Positions 35,952-46,318 are shown, numbered from the stretch's first letter. The stretch is DNA of 64,000 bases from Lawsonibacter sp. (GCA_037257225.1 JAYCWP010000023.1:86-64085), one strand, 5' to 3'. The notes: a model not told the origin generated them from the sequence alone. Numbers and translations: made by a program.

Positions 35952-37769
35952 TCAAACAGCCTGAGACGGGTCCGCCGCCGCCAGATCCTGAGCCGGAGCC
36001 CCCTCCGTAGCGGGCGGAAGTTCCTGTCCCCCACCAGGCTCTGCCGGACTCTCTGTCCCCGCCCCTTCCAACGGTATCTCCGGCACTGGCTCCGCCGGAG
36101 GAGGCGCTTGAACCGGTGGGACTCCGTTGGGCCAAGTAGCAGGGTCTCCATCGGCAGGGTTATACAGGATGGTCTTGGGGCGCATTTTATACACGCTCTT
36201 CCCCATATCCTGCTTTTCCAGCAGGTTTCCGTCCCGGTCATAGATATATCGGTAAGTCTGAGCGGACTTTCCTGTGTAAGGATTCTGCTTACGGTCCACC
36301 TTCGTGGTCCCCTGTGGGATAGACTCATCTGCCTTATATTGAGTAGTAGGGGACACTGTCTCATAAACTGTACTTCTAGGCTCAACCCGGACCCCATCTA
36401 CATTGGTCCCGTAGATCTTGACATTCAGCTTCCGCTTGCCCCCCTTGTCATAGCTGGAGGTGACAATCTTAATGGGATAATCTGTGCTGTTCTCAAAGCG
36501 GAAATCCGTCTGTCCGTAGTACACCGTGGCGTCCATACCCTCCGGCACATAGCCGGTGTTAAAGCGGTGGGCCCGGCGCTCCACAATTTTCAGATTCGTA
36601 TGGAGCACCGCATAGTAGATGGTGGAGGAGGTCTGGCAAATACCGCCGCCCACCTCGTCCACCGAAGCGTCGCCGGAGTACACCGGCGCGGCCAGATATC
36701 CCTTGGAGGCAGATCGGCTGCCTGTGGTACCGTTGTAGGAGAATACCTCCCCAGGCATCAGAACCACTCCATTGCAGACCTGAGCTGAAAGTTTCACATT
36801 GTGCTTACGACTGGAGGATCCGCCTACATTTGTAGTTCCCTCCCCAAGCAGATCTCGGAATAACTTGGCCTCCAGGCCCTGCTTCGTCTCCTCCGGCTGG
36901 GTCAGAGTCACTGGGATGGAGAAGGTCTCCCCTTCTCCCGCCTTCTCATAGGCGGTTTTCAGCGCCTCTATGTCAAAGTCCACACCCACCACATGGCCGG
37001 TGACCTCTCCGGTCTCCCGGACATACTGGGCGCTCTGAGGCTCCACCGCCACCGCATCGTGGACGGCCTGGAAGTCCGGCTCCTGGGGCGGGGTCTCCTC
37101 AGGAACGAGGGGTGTTTCCTCCTCCACAACTCCTTCCTCGCCACCGAGTTTCCGTTCCATAGCCTTCTCCACCGCGGACCAGAGGCTTTCCTGGATTTGG
37201 CTGCGTTCGATGTCCTGTCCGGTCATGCCCTTGGTCATCACCAGGGCATCTCCCTCCAGTTGATAGGACGCCTCGGTCACGTTTCCCCCTGTCTCGCTCT
37301 CCACCTGATCCACCAGCGTATCCAGGGCCGTACAGTCCCATCTGGGAGCGGAGATCTGATGATCCCGGCCCAGCAGCTGACCCAGATAGACAGCGCCGCC
37401 GGTTAGGAAGTTTTCCCGGCCCACCGCTCCCGCGGACTCAGCTGCAAATCTCCATCCATACCCCATCTCCTCTGCGGTGATGGACCACAGCTGATCTCCA
37501 TAGGATACGGCCCCTATGATCTGGCTGCCGTACTCCGCCATGGCATCGCTCAAAGCAGTTTCCGCCTCCGCTTCGGTCATACCGGACACATCCAAGCCGG
37601 CTACTGACACGTTGGGAAGGATCTGGTCAGATCCACCCACCCAGGCACACAACCCCAGATAGCCCCCCAGCAGCACCGCTGCAGCAGCCCCTGAAATCAT
37701 CCATATTTTTTTGTTCTTTGCTCTTCCCTGCTTACCCGCAGGTTCTTTGGAAAGTTCTCTTTTCCCCAT
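35952..37769 (-). CDS. VanW family protein with G5 domain and Pro-rich C-terminus
   Basis: N-terminal TM helix, VanW core (...GYLAAPVYSG...GGGICQTSSTIYYAVLHTNLKIVERRAHRF), then a G5-like segment (TTQYKADESIPQGTTKVDRKQNPYTG). Start is ATG 37769, 9 nt after GGAGG. Confidence 0.8.
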   Translation of the reverse strand: MGKRELSKEPAGKQGRAKNKKIWMISGAAAAVLLGGYLGLCAWVGGSDQILPNVSVAGLDVSGMTEAEAETALSDAMAEYGSQIIGAVSYGDQLWSITAEEMGYGWRFAAESAGAVGRENFLTGGAVYLGQLLGRDHQISAPRWDCTALDTLVDQVESETGGNVTEASYQLEGDALVMTKGMTGQDIERSQIQESLWSAVEKAMERKLGGEEGVVEEETPLVPEETPPQEPDFQAVHDAVAVEPQSAQYVRETGEVTGHVVGVDFDIEALKTAYEKAGEGETFSIPVTLTQPEETKQGLEAKLFRDLLGEGTTNVGGSSSRKHNVKLSAQVCNGVVLMPGEVFSYNGTTGSRSASKGYLAAPVYSGDASVDEVGGGICQTSSTIYYAVLHTNLKIVERRAHRFNTGYVPEGMDATVYYGQTDFRFENSTDYPIKIVTSSYDKGGKRKLNVKIYGTNVDGVRVEPRSTVYETVSPTTQYKADESIPQGTTKVDRKQNPYTGKSAQTYRYIYDRDGNLLEKQDMGKSVYKMRPKTILYNPADGDPATWPNGVPPVQAPPPAEPVPEIPLEGAGTESPAEPGGGQELPPATEGAPAQDLAAADPSQAV

Positions 37770-38384
37770 ACCTCTGCTCCTCCACGCCAGGGAGCCTGAC
37801 CTAAAACAGTCCGCACCACCGGCCGTGATTTCCCGCTCCACTTCCAGTCGTTTCTGGCCTGAAGCGTCTCTATGTATCAGGCACTGTTATCCCGCACACT
37901 GAGAGTGCTGCACACATAGAACTACAATGTTTTCAAAGCAAATTCGATCGATTCAAATGCAATCGTTTTGGCCAATTCAACCCAAACTCTTGCATCTCAC
38001 TCGGCAACACTGGCATTCCTGTAGCAATATGCGCTATAACAATGTCTGAACTTCACCAAACGGCCCTTTTGAGCCGTTTGATAGAATTGTGCGGCTCCCG
38101 CCGCAGGAATCAACCGATTTCTGGTTGATTCGACAGACTTTATTATAGCATCGGTGTCCGCTCCTTACAATTACAGAACAGTTACAGTCCGCTGAAATTT
38201 CCGGAAGAAGCGTTTACTTTTCCGATTCAGTGCGGTATAATCGTCTCACCGCCGCATGGAAGCGGGATCATCTCCAGAGTTTTCTTCATGGAATTTTAAG
38301 AGAAACTCAATCTCTTTTTTGCTTCTCTCTGGTATGATATTCTCAGATTGAAATTTCATTCTGTTCGGCTGGAGGTCAATGTCT

Positions 38385-39557
38385 ATGACAAGTTATCCCT
38401 ATCAAAACGGTGCGTCCGGCAGCCCATCCCGTCGCGGCCGCGGCTCTGGTGACCGCGGCTTCTGGCTCGCGGCAGTCCTCCTCCTGTTTTTCTTTCCCCC
38501 TGTCGGTATTCTGATGATCGTTGTAAAGGTGCTTGGCGGCGGCCGCAAAAGAACCAATGTCCAGGGGCAGCACCCTTATTACGCTCAGCAGAACGGCTCC
38601 GTGGGGGCCAGAACTGTCCATACTGGAACTTCCGGCCCAAATCAAGCTTCCTCGCTTCCCGTATCTAGTCAGGTCCTCGCCAAACTGTCTCTCCAAGCCA
38701 AACGTCTCACCATCGTCGGTATGATCCTAAGTCTGATCTTCGGGTTCACTTCCGTCTCAGCCCTGGCAGGCAGTTTGTGGATGCTTCCCGATTTGGCTTG
38801 GTATCTGGAGGCTACAGTTCCCATCCTGTGCTTCTTCTTTGGCAGCCTGGGCTGCCTCTGGGTTGGTCTGCGGAAGCGGAACAAAGTGCGGCGCTGCCGG
38901 AAGTATCTAGCCATGCTGGGCTCCCGTACTGTCATTTCCATCAGCGCCCTCTCCTCTGCGCTGGGGACACCCCCAGCCAAAGTTAGGGATGAGTTATCCG
39001 ATATGCTGGATGACGGTCTCTTCCCTATGGGATATCTGGACTATGGAAATGATCGTCTGGTTCTCTCCGGCGAGGGCCTGTCCGACCCTCCCCCTGTCAA
39101 ACCGGAGCCTCCCAAAGAAGAGTCCCCCAAAGAGGACCCCCAGGCCGTTGTCCTCCAGGAGATCCGCACCATTAACGATCAGATCGACAACCCAAAACTC
39201 AGCCAGCAGATCGACCGCATCGGCGTCATCACCGCCAAGGTATTCGAGTACCAGCGCAACCACCCCCAGAAGTCGCCGCAGCTCCACAGCTTTTTAAGTT
39301 ACTACCTCCCCACTACGCTGAAGATCCTTCGGGCCTATGCCCAGCTGGAGGATCAGGAGGTGAACGGTGAAAATATTTCCGCCGCCATGGAGCGCATCGA
39401 AAATATGATGGATAAGGTAGTGGAAGGCTTCGAGAAACAGTTGGACCAACTGTTCCAAGGAGATGCACTGGACATCACCGCCGATGTGGAAGTGCTGGAG
39501 CGGATGCTGGCCAAGGATGGTCTCTCCAGTCAGGACGGTCTGCGCCTGGGCGGCTGA
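38385..39557 (+). CDS. membrane protein with XpaC-like (5-bromo-4-chloroindolyl phosphate hydrolysis protein family) C-terminal domain
   Basis: TM helices in the N-terminal half. The C-terminal ...SPQLHSFLSYYLPTTLKILRAYAQLE...MERIENMMDKVVEGFEKQLDQLF resembles the XpaC family. ATG 38385 is better spaced from GGAGG than ATG 38379. Confidence 0.6.
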   Translation: MTSYPYQNGASGSPSRRGRGSGDRGFWLAAVLLLFFFPPVGILMIVVKVLGGGRKRTNVQGQHPYYAQQNGSVGARTVHTGTSGPNQASSLPVSSQVLAKLSLQAKRLTIVGMILSLIFGFTSVSALAGSLWMLPDLAWYLEATVPILCFFFGSLGCLWVGLRKRNKVRRCRKYLAMLGSRTVISISALSSALGTPPAKVRDELSDMLDDGLFPMGYLDYGNDRLVLSGEGLSDPPPVKPEPPKEESPKEDPQAVVLQEIRTINDQIDNPKLSQQIDRIGVITAKVFEYQRNHPQKSPQLHSFLSYYLPTTLKILRAYAQLEDQEVNGENISAAMERIENMMDKVVEGFEKQLDQLFQGDALDITADVEVLERMLAKDGLSSQDGLRLGG

Positions 39558-39614
39558 GCCCAACCGTTTCATTCGCTCTAAACTGCTCCACAATTCAGAT
39601 AAAAGCATCATTTC

Positions 39615-39670
39615 AAAACACCGTACGACTAGCGTTCAGACACTAGCCGTACGGTGTTTTCTCATTTTTA
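39615..39670. terminator. bidirectional intrinsic terminator
   Basis: Long stem AAAACACCGTACG(A)CTAG/CTAG(C)CGTACGGTGTTTT flanked by T-runs in both orientations. Confidence 0.8.
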
Positions 39671-39714
39671 TTTCAGCTGCCTATATGATAATTTCTCGCC
39701 ATCCGAACCATCCA

Positions 39715-40194
39715 TCAGTGGATCCGCCGGTAAAGCGCATAATGAAATTTCAGACCGTCCTGCTCCAGAGGTGGCTCCTCTTCTGCCAGCTCCCAGTTAG
39801 GATCCCGGTCCAAATCTGGGAACACAACATCTGCCGGAAAGGCCGCATGGATCCTGGTAACGTACGCTGTATCGCACCATGGAAGCAGCTGTTTGTATAC
39901 CGACGCACCACCGATGACGAAGGCGTCCTCCGACGCAGCAGCCCGCAGCGCCTCCAGATCCCGAAACACCTCCGCACCTTCCGGAGCAAAGTCTGGGTCC
40001 CGGGACAAGATCAGATTTCTCCGTCCCTTCAGTGGGCGTCCGCCAGGAAAAGTGGCCAGCGTTTTTCGTCCCAAAATCACCGGATGCCCGGTAGTCAGCG
40101 CTTTGAACCGCTTCAGGTCCTGGGACAGATACACCAGCTGGTCTCCATCCTTTCCAATCCCCCAATTCACATCCACTGCTACGATTATATTCAT
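39715..40194 (-). CDS. folA: dihydrofolate reductase
   Basis: MNIIVAVDVNWGIGKDGDQL...LKRFKALTTGHPVILGRKT...VIGGASVY. Confidence 0.92.
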   Translation of the reverse strand: MNIIVAVDVNWGIGKDGDQLVYLSQDLKRFKALTTGHPVILGRKTLATFPGGRPLKGRRNLILSRDPDFAPEGAEVFRDLEALRAAASEDAFVIGGASVYKQLLPWCDTAYVTRIHAAFPADVVFPDLDRDPNWELAEEEPPLEQDGLKFHYALYRRIH

Positions 40195-40251
40195 GGCCTT
40201 CTCTCCTCGCTCCATCTCCCGTTCGGGCCGAAAATTTCTAATCCTTAACCA

Positions 40252-41082
40252 TTAAATAGCCACTGGGATCTTTGCCTCCAGCGGATGGGCCTGATAGCCC
40301 TCCAGCCGGAAGCTGTCCCGGGTAAATGCATAGAAGTCTGTAATGCTCTGATCCATCCAAAGCGTCGGCGCATCATAGGGCGTCCGGGCAATCAGTTCCT
40401 CCACAATGGGCACATGGCGGTCATAGATATGGGCATCCGCTATAACATGGATCAGTTCTCCCGCTTCCAGACCAGACACCTGGGCCATCATGTGAAGGAG
40501 CACTGCGTACTGCATCACATTCCAGCCGTTGGCGGTCAGCATATCCTGCGATCTCTGGTTCAGAATCCCATTCAGGGTGTTCCCACTGACATTGAAGGTC
40601 ATGGAGTAAGCACAAGGGTACAGGGCCATCTCGCTCAGGTCGTGGTGGTTATACAGATTGGTGAGAATGCGGCGGGAGGCGGGGTCATGCTTCAGATCCC
40701 ACAGCACCTTGTCCACCTGGTCCATATCCCCCTGGGGATAGTGGTGCTTCACCCCCAGCTGATAGCCGTAGGCCTTTCCAATGGAGCCTGTCTCATCCGC
40801 CCAGGCATCCCAAATATGGCTGTTCAGATCATGGACATTGTTGGACTTCTTTTGCCAGATCCACAGAAGTTCATCCACTGCCGATTTTAGATACTGCTTC
40901 CGTACAGTGATAACCGGAAACTCTTCCCTCAGATCATAACGGTTTACCACCCCAAAAAGCTTCACTGTATGGGCGGGCGTCCCATCCTCCCAGCGGGGCC
41001 GCACCTCCCGATCCGTGTCCCAAACGCCCCTGCTCAAAATCGCTTTGCAGTTCTCAATAAAAACTTGATCGGCATAACTCAT
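40252..41082 (-). CDS. thyA: thymidylate synthase (ThyA)
   Basis: ...ELLWIW..., ...LYPCAYSMTFNV... (catalytic Cys) and ...RSQDM... ATG 41082 lies 8 nt after GGAGGAA. Confidence 0.92.
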   Translation of the reverse strand: MSYADQVFIENCKAILSRGVWDTDREVRPRWEDGTPAHTVKLFGVVNRYDLREEFPVITVRKQYLKSAVDELLWIWQKKSNNVHDLNSHIWDAWADETGSIGKAYGYQLGVKHHYPQGDMDQVDKVLWDLKHDPASRRILTNLYNHHDLSEMALYPCAYSMTFNVSGNTLNGILNQRSQDMLTANGWNVMQYAVLLHMMAQVSGLEAGELIHVIADAHIYDRHVPIVEELIARTPYDAPTLWMDQSITDFYAFTRDSFRLEGYQAHPLEAKIPVAI

Positions 41083-41255
41083 CGATGATCTTCCTCCATC
41101 ATTCATGCGCTCTGTTCCTGTTTTAGGTATTCATTATACAACAGAGAATGGCGGGGCACAAGCCCCGCTCTCAGCTCATTCCATCAGATCATCTGCCTTT
41201 TCTGGCAAACAGATGACTGGGGCGCAAGCGGGTTTTCCGCGTGCGCCCCAGTCTC

Positions 41256-41504
41256 TCATTCTCCTTTATACTTTTTTCGCGTCGCCAGCCCACCCCGGAT
41301 GTGCCGCTCTGCCTTGTTTTCCTCCAGGACCTGCTTGGCTTGGAGATACAGGGGCCGGTTGAACACCGGGAGACGTTCTGATAGATCCTTATGTACTGTA
41401 CTCTTACTAATTTTGAACTTTCTGGCTGCGGCGCGCACCGTCGCTTTATTTTCTATGATGTAAAGGGCCAGTTGACAGGCCCGCTCTTCCATATTCCCTT
41501 TCAC
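41256..41504 (-). CDS. spoIIID: sporulation transcriptional regulator SpoIIID
   Basis: ...IIENKATVRAAARKFKISKSTVHKDLSERLP...HIRGGLATRKKY is colinear with B. subtilis SpoIIID. GTG 41504 lies 8 nt after GGGGGAG and aligns with Bsu Met1. Confidence 0.9.
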   Translation of the reverse strand: MKGNMEERACQLALYIIENKATVRAAARKFKISKSTVHKDLSERLPVFNRPLYLQAKQVLEENKAERHIRGGLATRKKYKGE

Positions 41505-41632
41505 ACAGCAACAACTCCCCCGCATTTTGGGTCTGCTGTGCTACTATATGCTGAAATATCCCGGGATAGAAGGCACTCCGTATCATAGGACAGCTCCTAA
41601 ACAGCATATCTATCACCTGGGGGGGCGAGTCA

Positions 41633-41896
41633 ATGCAGACAAGAATCGCAGAGCTTCGCTGGAAGGAAGTCGTGGATGTGCAAAACGGAAGCCGCTTTGG
41701 TTATGTAGAGGATCTTGAAGTAGATCTGGAGAGCGGTCAAGTCCGTGCACTGGTTCTGCCCGGTCGGCGACGGCTATTCGGACTGCTGGGCCGGGAGGAG
41801 GACCGCTATATCCCATGGGATCGGGTCCGGCGGTTTGGGGAGGACATCATACTGGTGGATCAGGAGCCCCGTCCAGCCCGCCGCAGGCGGACATGA
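41633..41896 (+). CDS. YlmC/YmxH family sporulation protein (PRC-barrel)
   Basis: 87 aa. ...LRWKEVVDVQNGSRFGYVEDLEVDLESGQVRALVLPG...YIPWDRVRRFGEDIILV. Confidence 0.85.
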   Translation: MQTRIAELRWKEVVDVQNGSRFGYVEDLEVDLESGQVRALVLPGRRRLFGLLGREEDRYIPWDRVRRFGEDIILVDQEPRPARRRRT

Positions 41897-41958
41897 TAGA
41901 GCCCCGCCGGTCCTGTTGGATCGGCGGGGCTCTGCTGGAGCATCAGGTACAGATTTTA

Positions 41959-43344
41959 TTAGAAGAACTTGTCCCAATACCCCATCACAAAGATAAACAA
42001 TACGATCAAAGGCAGAATATAGGTCACATAGAACCGAACCCATCTGGGAAATCTCAATCCATTGCCTGTGTTGGCCTCTGCCAGGAAGTTCTCCCAGCCC
42101 CACCCGCGGCGCGAAACACAGAACAGCAGATAAACCAAGGAGCCCAGAGGCAGGATATTGTTGCTGACAATGAAATCCTCCAGATCCATGATGACAGATC
42201 CCTCGCCGAAGGGCTGGATTCCGGAGAGGATGTTGAAGCCCAGCACACAGGGCATGGACAGAACCAAAACGGCAATCAGGTTGACCAGCACCGCCTTCTT
42301 CCGGCTCCACCCCCACTTCTCGATAGAGAAGGAAAGGATATTCTCAAAGACTGCAATCACTGTGGTCAGGGCCGCGAAGGACATGAATACAAAGAACAGG
42401 GAACCCCACAGCCGGCCCATTGGCATCTCATTAAAAACATTGGGCAAGGTGATAAAGATCAGGTTGGGACCCGCATCCGGGGCAACATCAAAGGCGAAGC
42501 AAGCAGGGAAAATGATCAGGCCCGCCGTAAATGCCACAAAAGTATCCAGTACACCGACTCGGACAGCTTCGCCCGCCAAGGAGTGTTCCTTCCCAATATA
42601 GCTCCCAAAAATGGCCAGTGCACCGATGCCTAGGGAGAGGGTGAAGAACGCCTGTCCCATAGCGGCAAAAATAGCCTCACCCAGGATCATATTCCCGGTA
42701 GCATCGTACATCAGATTCTGAAAATCGGGCATGAGATAGAACTTTAGGCCCTCTGCTGCTCCATCTAACGTCACGGAGCGGAAGGCCAGTACCACCATCA
42801 CCATCAGCAGGCAGAGCATCATAGTCTTGTTGACCTTCTCTACCCCGTTCTGAAGGCCTCTGGAGCAAACCAGCATACACAGCAGCACTACGATCACCAT
42901 AAACACGGTCATCAATCCTGGCTCCTGCATCAAGGAGGCATACTCGTTAGATACACCCACAGAATCCAGCCCAGTAAAGTCTCCCTTCGCCATCTTAACA
43001 AAGTAGAGGAGCAGCCAGCCGGCCACCGTGGTATAAAACATCATCAGCAGATAGTTGCCCGCAATGCCGATCCAGCTATACAGGTGCCATCTGCTGCCCT
43101 TAGGCTCCAGCGCCTGGAAGGACAGCGCAATACTACGCTGACTGGCCCGACCCACCGCAAACTCCATCACCATAACTGGCAGACCAAGAATGACCAGAAA
43201 CAATAGATAGACCAACACAAAGGCCGCACCGCCATATTTACCTGTGATATAAGGGAATCTCCATACATTTCCCAGCCCGATGGCACATCCTGCTGAAATC
43301 AGCAAAAACCCAAGCCGGGAGGAAAAGCTCTCTCGTTTCTCCAC
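41959..43344 (-). CDS. sodium-dependent transporter (neurotransmitter:sodium symporter/SNF family)
   Basis: SRLGFLLISAGCAIGLGNVWRFPYITGKYGGAAF... with about 11-12 TM helices. GTG 43344 is well spaced from GGAGG, whereas the TTG at 43350 is too close. Confidence 0.88.
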   Translation of the reverse strand: MEKRESFSSRLGFLLISAGCAIGLGNVWRFPYITGKYGGAAFVLVYLLFLVILGLPVMVMEFAVGRASQRSIALSFQALEPKGSRWHLYSWIGIAGNYLLMMFYTTVAGWLLLYFVKMAKGDFTGLDSVGVSNEYASLMQEPGLMTVFMVIVVLLCMLVCSRGLQNGVEKVNKTMMLCLLMVMVVLAFRSVTLDGAAEGLKFYLMPDFQNLMYDATGNMILGEAIFAAMGQAFFTLSLGIGALAIFGSYIGKEHSLAGEAVRVGVLDTFVAFTAGLIIFPACFAFDVAPDAGPNLIFITLPNVFNEMPMGRLWGSLFFVFMSFAALTTVIAVFENILSFSIEKWGWSRKKAVLVNLIAVLVLSMPCVLGFNILSGIQPFGEGSVIMDLEDFIVSNNILPLGSLVYLLFCVSRRGWGWENFLAEANTGNGLRFPRWVRFYVTYILPLIVLFIFVMGYWDKFF

Positions 43345-43564
43345 ACACAAAACCTCCTATTCTCCCACGATTCATCAATAGAACAAATCCTCCTATACCA
43401 GAACCGCGCAGCCTCTATTGTACCAGCCCTTCATTCTCTGGTCAACGATTTTTCGCCTATACGCACGTAAACCATCTTTTTTTCTGCAAAATCCGCAAAA
43501 AAGACAAGGAAATGTCTCATTTTCATGCCTCATAAAATTTTTTTGATTTTTTTCAAAAAAGGGC

Positions 43565-43593
43565 TTGCCAAACCCCCTATCCTGTGCTATACT
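43565..43593 (+). promoter_or_regulatory. promoter for tRNA-Arg
   Basis: TTGCCA (43565-43570), a 17-nt spacer, then TATACT (43588-43593) with TGc extended -10. A long A/T tract (UP-element-like) lies immediately upstream. Confidence 0.6.
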
Positions 43594-43632
43594 AATCAAG
43601 CCGTCAGGGAGACGGGCTAAAAACTTCAAAAT

Positions 43633-43709
43633 GCGGCTGTAGCTCAGTTGGATAGAGTGTTTGGCTACGAACCAAAAGGTCGGGGGTTCGAATCCCTTCA
43701 GCCGTACCA
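43633..43709 (+). tRNA. tRNA-Arg (anticodon ACG)
   Basis: GCGGCTGTAGCTCAGTTGGATAGAGTGTTTGGCTACGAACCAAAAGGTCGGGGGTTCGAATCCCTTCAGCCGTACCA. Cloverleaf fold, anticodon loop CTACGAA, encoded CCA. Confidence 0.93.
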
Positions 43710-43744
43710 AAAAGCATCTGCGAAAGCAGATGCTTTTTGTTTTG
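43710..43744 (+). terminator. intrinsic terminator after tRNA-Arg
   Basis: AAAAGCATCTGC-gaaa-GCAGATGCTTTT followed by TGTTTT. Confidence 0.85.
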
Positions 43745-43815
43745 CTTACAGCGGTGGGCAGGCTGGATGATAGGCCAGCCTGCCCACGATATCATCTACA
43801 GCCTTCCCCCTATAC

Positions 43816-45600
43816 TTATTTTAATAGATACCAGCGTCCACAGTAAGATGGCAGAGAGAGCACCGTTCTTCCCAGTTCCACAGGTATGCTCTGCTTTTCT
43901 GGTCCCCCAGGTCCGCCAAAGTCAGCCGCGGCGCTGTCCAATAGAAGTTCCAGCCTCTTTCCCTCTGGAATGGGAAGCGCAGCCTCCGCCTCTTGATCCA
44001 GAAAGTTGAACACCGCAAGCAGGCACTGTCCCCCTCCCCTTCTTACAAAGGCAAATACCCCCCGTTCTCCCTGGTGCATCGTCAGCCACTGGAATCCCTC
44101 CGGCTGGTAATCCTCCTTCCACAGGGCGGGAGTGTCCAGATAGATCCGGTTCATCGTCTGAATAAAGCGGAAGAACGCCTGGTGGGCTGGGTAGTCCATC
44201 AGGTTCCAATCCTGTTCCCGGCTCTCATCCCACTCCCGGAAGTGGCCGATCTCATTGCCCATAAAATTCAGCTTCTTCCCTGGATGGGACAGCATATAGA
44301 GGTAGAGCGCCCTGACCTGGTGAAATTTGTCCTCATATCCTCCATACATTTTCTGAAGAATCGTGGCTTTTCCATGAACCACTTCATCGTGAGAGAGGGG
44401 CAGAAGATACCGTTCCTTTCTGAAGTAGTCCATCGAGAATGTGAGTTTTCCCCCCTGAGTCGTGCGATCAGATGGCGGCATCTGGAAATAAGCCAAAGTG
44501 TCGTGCATCCAGCCCATGTCCCACTTATAATCAAACCCCAGTCCTCCCTGCTCCGTTGGAGCAGTCACCCCGGGCCAGGCAGAGGAGTCCTCCGCAATGA
44601 GCAGCGCATCCGGATGGAGTTCTTTCAGTCCGCGGTTCATTTCCCGCAGGAACTGAATCCCCCCCTGATTCTCTCCCCGGGCCTCCTCCCCCTGCCAGTA
44701 GATCAGGTTGCGAACTGCGTCCATGCGCAGCCCATCAAAATGGTATTCCTCCAGCCAAAAGTGCGCTGCCGACTGGAGAAAGCTGCGTACCTCCCCACGG
44801 GAGTGCATAAAGTTGCAGCTTCCCCACTCGCTTCTGCCAACATCCCAGCTGGGGTACTCATAGAGGGCGGTCCCGTCGTAGTTCCAGAGGGCGTAGTCAT
44901 CCACCGCGAAGTGGACGGGGACAAAGTCCAGGATCACCCCCAGACCTGCCTGATGGCACCGATCCACCAGGGTCATCAGCTCCTCCGGCGTCCCGTAGCG
45001 GGAGGTAGGGCTGAAAAATCCGGTATTCTGATAGCCCCAGGAGGCATCGCTGGGATGCTCGCTAAGGGGCAGGACCTCGATGCAGTTATATCCTGCCTCC
45101 TTCACATAGGGGATCAGCAGCTCCGCCAGTTCGTCATAGCGGTACCAGCCGTTAGGGTCCTCCGCCTTCCGACGCCAAGATCCCAGGTGTACCTCATAGA
45201 TATTCAGCGGGCAGTCCACCCCACCGAAGGGACGCCGGCGCCAGGCATCATCCTGAAACCGCGCAGCAGGCAGTCCTTGAAGGATGGATGCATTATGAGG
45301 CCGCAGTTCCATTGAGAAGCCGTAGGGGTCGCAGTGATCCAGACTGACTCCGTCCCGCCGCCGGATCCTGTATTTATAGCGCATCCCTGCCCGGGCGCCC
45401 GGGATCTCACAGGACCAGAAGTTTCCGTCATAGACCCGCTCCATGGGGGTCTCCTGCCAACCGTTGAAATCGCCGATGACGGAGATCGCCTCCGCCGCTG
45501 GGGCAAAGGTGCGGAACACCGCCCCCGCCTCCGTCAGATGCCCGCCCAGATAGCGGTAGGCATCAAAGATCTTTCCCGTGTAAAATCCGTAAAAATCCAT
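43816..45600 (-). CDS. glgB: 1,4-alpha-glucan branching enzyme
   Basis: GH13 motifs: DFVPVHF, FDGLRMDAV, AEDSSAWPG, LSHDEV. 594 aa. Confidence 0.92.
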   Translation of the reverse strand: MDFYGFYTGKIFDAYRYLGGHLTEAGAVFRTFAPAAEAISVIGDFNGWQETPMERVYDGNFWSCEIPGARAGMRYKYRIRRRDGVSLDHCDPYGFSMELRPHNASILQGLPAARFQDDAWRRRPFGGVDCPLNIYEVHLGSWRRKAEDPNGWYRYDELAELLIPYVKEAGYNCIEVLPLSEHPSDASWGYQNTGFFSPTSRYGTPEELMTLVDRCHQAGLGVILDFVPVHFAVDDYALWNYDGTALYEYPSWDVGRSEWGSCNFMHSRGEVRSFLQSAAHFWLEEYHFDGLRMDAVRNLIYWQGEEARGENQGGIQFLREMNRGLKELHPDALLIAEDSSAWPGVTAPTEQGGLGFDYKWDMGWMHDTLAYFQMPPSDRTTQGGKLTFSMDYFRKERYLLPLSHDEVVHGKATILQKMYGGYEDKFHQVRALYLYMLSHPGKKLNFMGNEIGHFREWDESREQDWNLMDYPAHQAFFRFIQTMNRIYLDTPALWKEDYQPEGFQWLTMHQGERGVFAFVRRGGGQCLLAVFNFLDQEAEAALPIPEGKRLELLLDSAAADFGGPGGPEKQSIPVELGRTVLSLPSYCGRWYLLK

Positions 45601-45742
45601 AGTCCCTCCTGAAATACATCGACAGCCGTTTATTTTTTTGCTATCATCAGTGTAGACAAACTACGAGATATTACCAGAGACAAAATCAGACAAGAGTCTG
45701 TTATCCGACTTCTGTCTGAAATCGACGGAGAGGAGACCGGCC

Positions 45743-46318
45743 ATGGACCTGCGGACCAAAAAGACCCAGCACAGCATCTTTAACGCCTTTCTGGAGCTGA
45801 GGGCCCGCTATCCTTTGGAGAAGATCACAGTTAAGGAGCTGTGTTCCAAAGCGGACATCCATAAATCCACCTTCTATGCACACTATCAGGATTTATATGA
45901 TCTGGCGGATACACTGGAAACTGAGGTAGTGGATCAGGTACTGGACAGCATCCAGAATCCAGAATACGCTCTGGAGCGGCCAGCAGAGTTTATACGAGAG
46001 TTGTTCCGTGCCTATCACGCTCGAGACCCCCTCATCCAGACTCTGTTCTCCGGCAGCCGGAGCGGCCAGCTCATTGAAAAGACTGAGAGCGGCCTGCACC
46101 GCCTGATTTTTCAGCGCCGCCCGGAATACCAAAACAATGCAGACCTCCAAATTCTGCTCAGCTGCATGATCTATGGCGGTTACCATGCCTATCTCCGCAA
46201 CCGGGAATGCGGCATGGAGCGTGTGGCAGAGGTCTTGGGACGACTTGCGGAGGAGGCACAAGTGCTCTTTCCTCCCTTCCCACCAGATCCATCCAAGCCA
46301 CCCTTGACAAGCGAGTAA
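45743..46318 (+). CDS. TetR/AcrR family transcriptional regulator
   Basis: N-terminal HTH: KKTQHSIFNAFLELRARYPLEKITVKELCSKADIHKSTFYAHY. Confidence 0.88.
   Translation: MDLRTKKTQHSIFNAFLELRARYPLEKITVKELCSKADIHKSTFYAHYQDLYDLADTLETEVVDQVLDSIQNPEYALERPAEFIRELFRAYHARDPLIQTLFSGSRSGQLIEKTESGLHRLIFQRRPEYQNNADLQILLSCMIYGGYHAYLRNRECGMERVAEVLGRLAEEAQVLFPPFPPDPSKPPLTSE

Noticed and set aside
35222-36788. Plus-strand ORFs 35222-36010 and 35949-36788 overlapping the DUF2461 and VanW genes
   Set aside because: The opposite-strand genes have clear family signatures. These frames are Pro/Arg/Leu-rich with no motifs.
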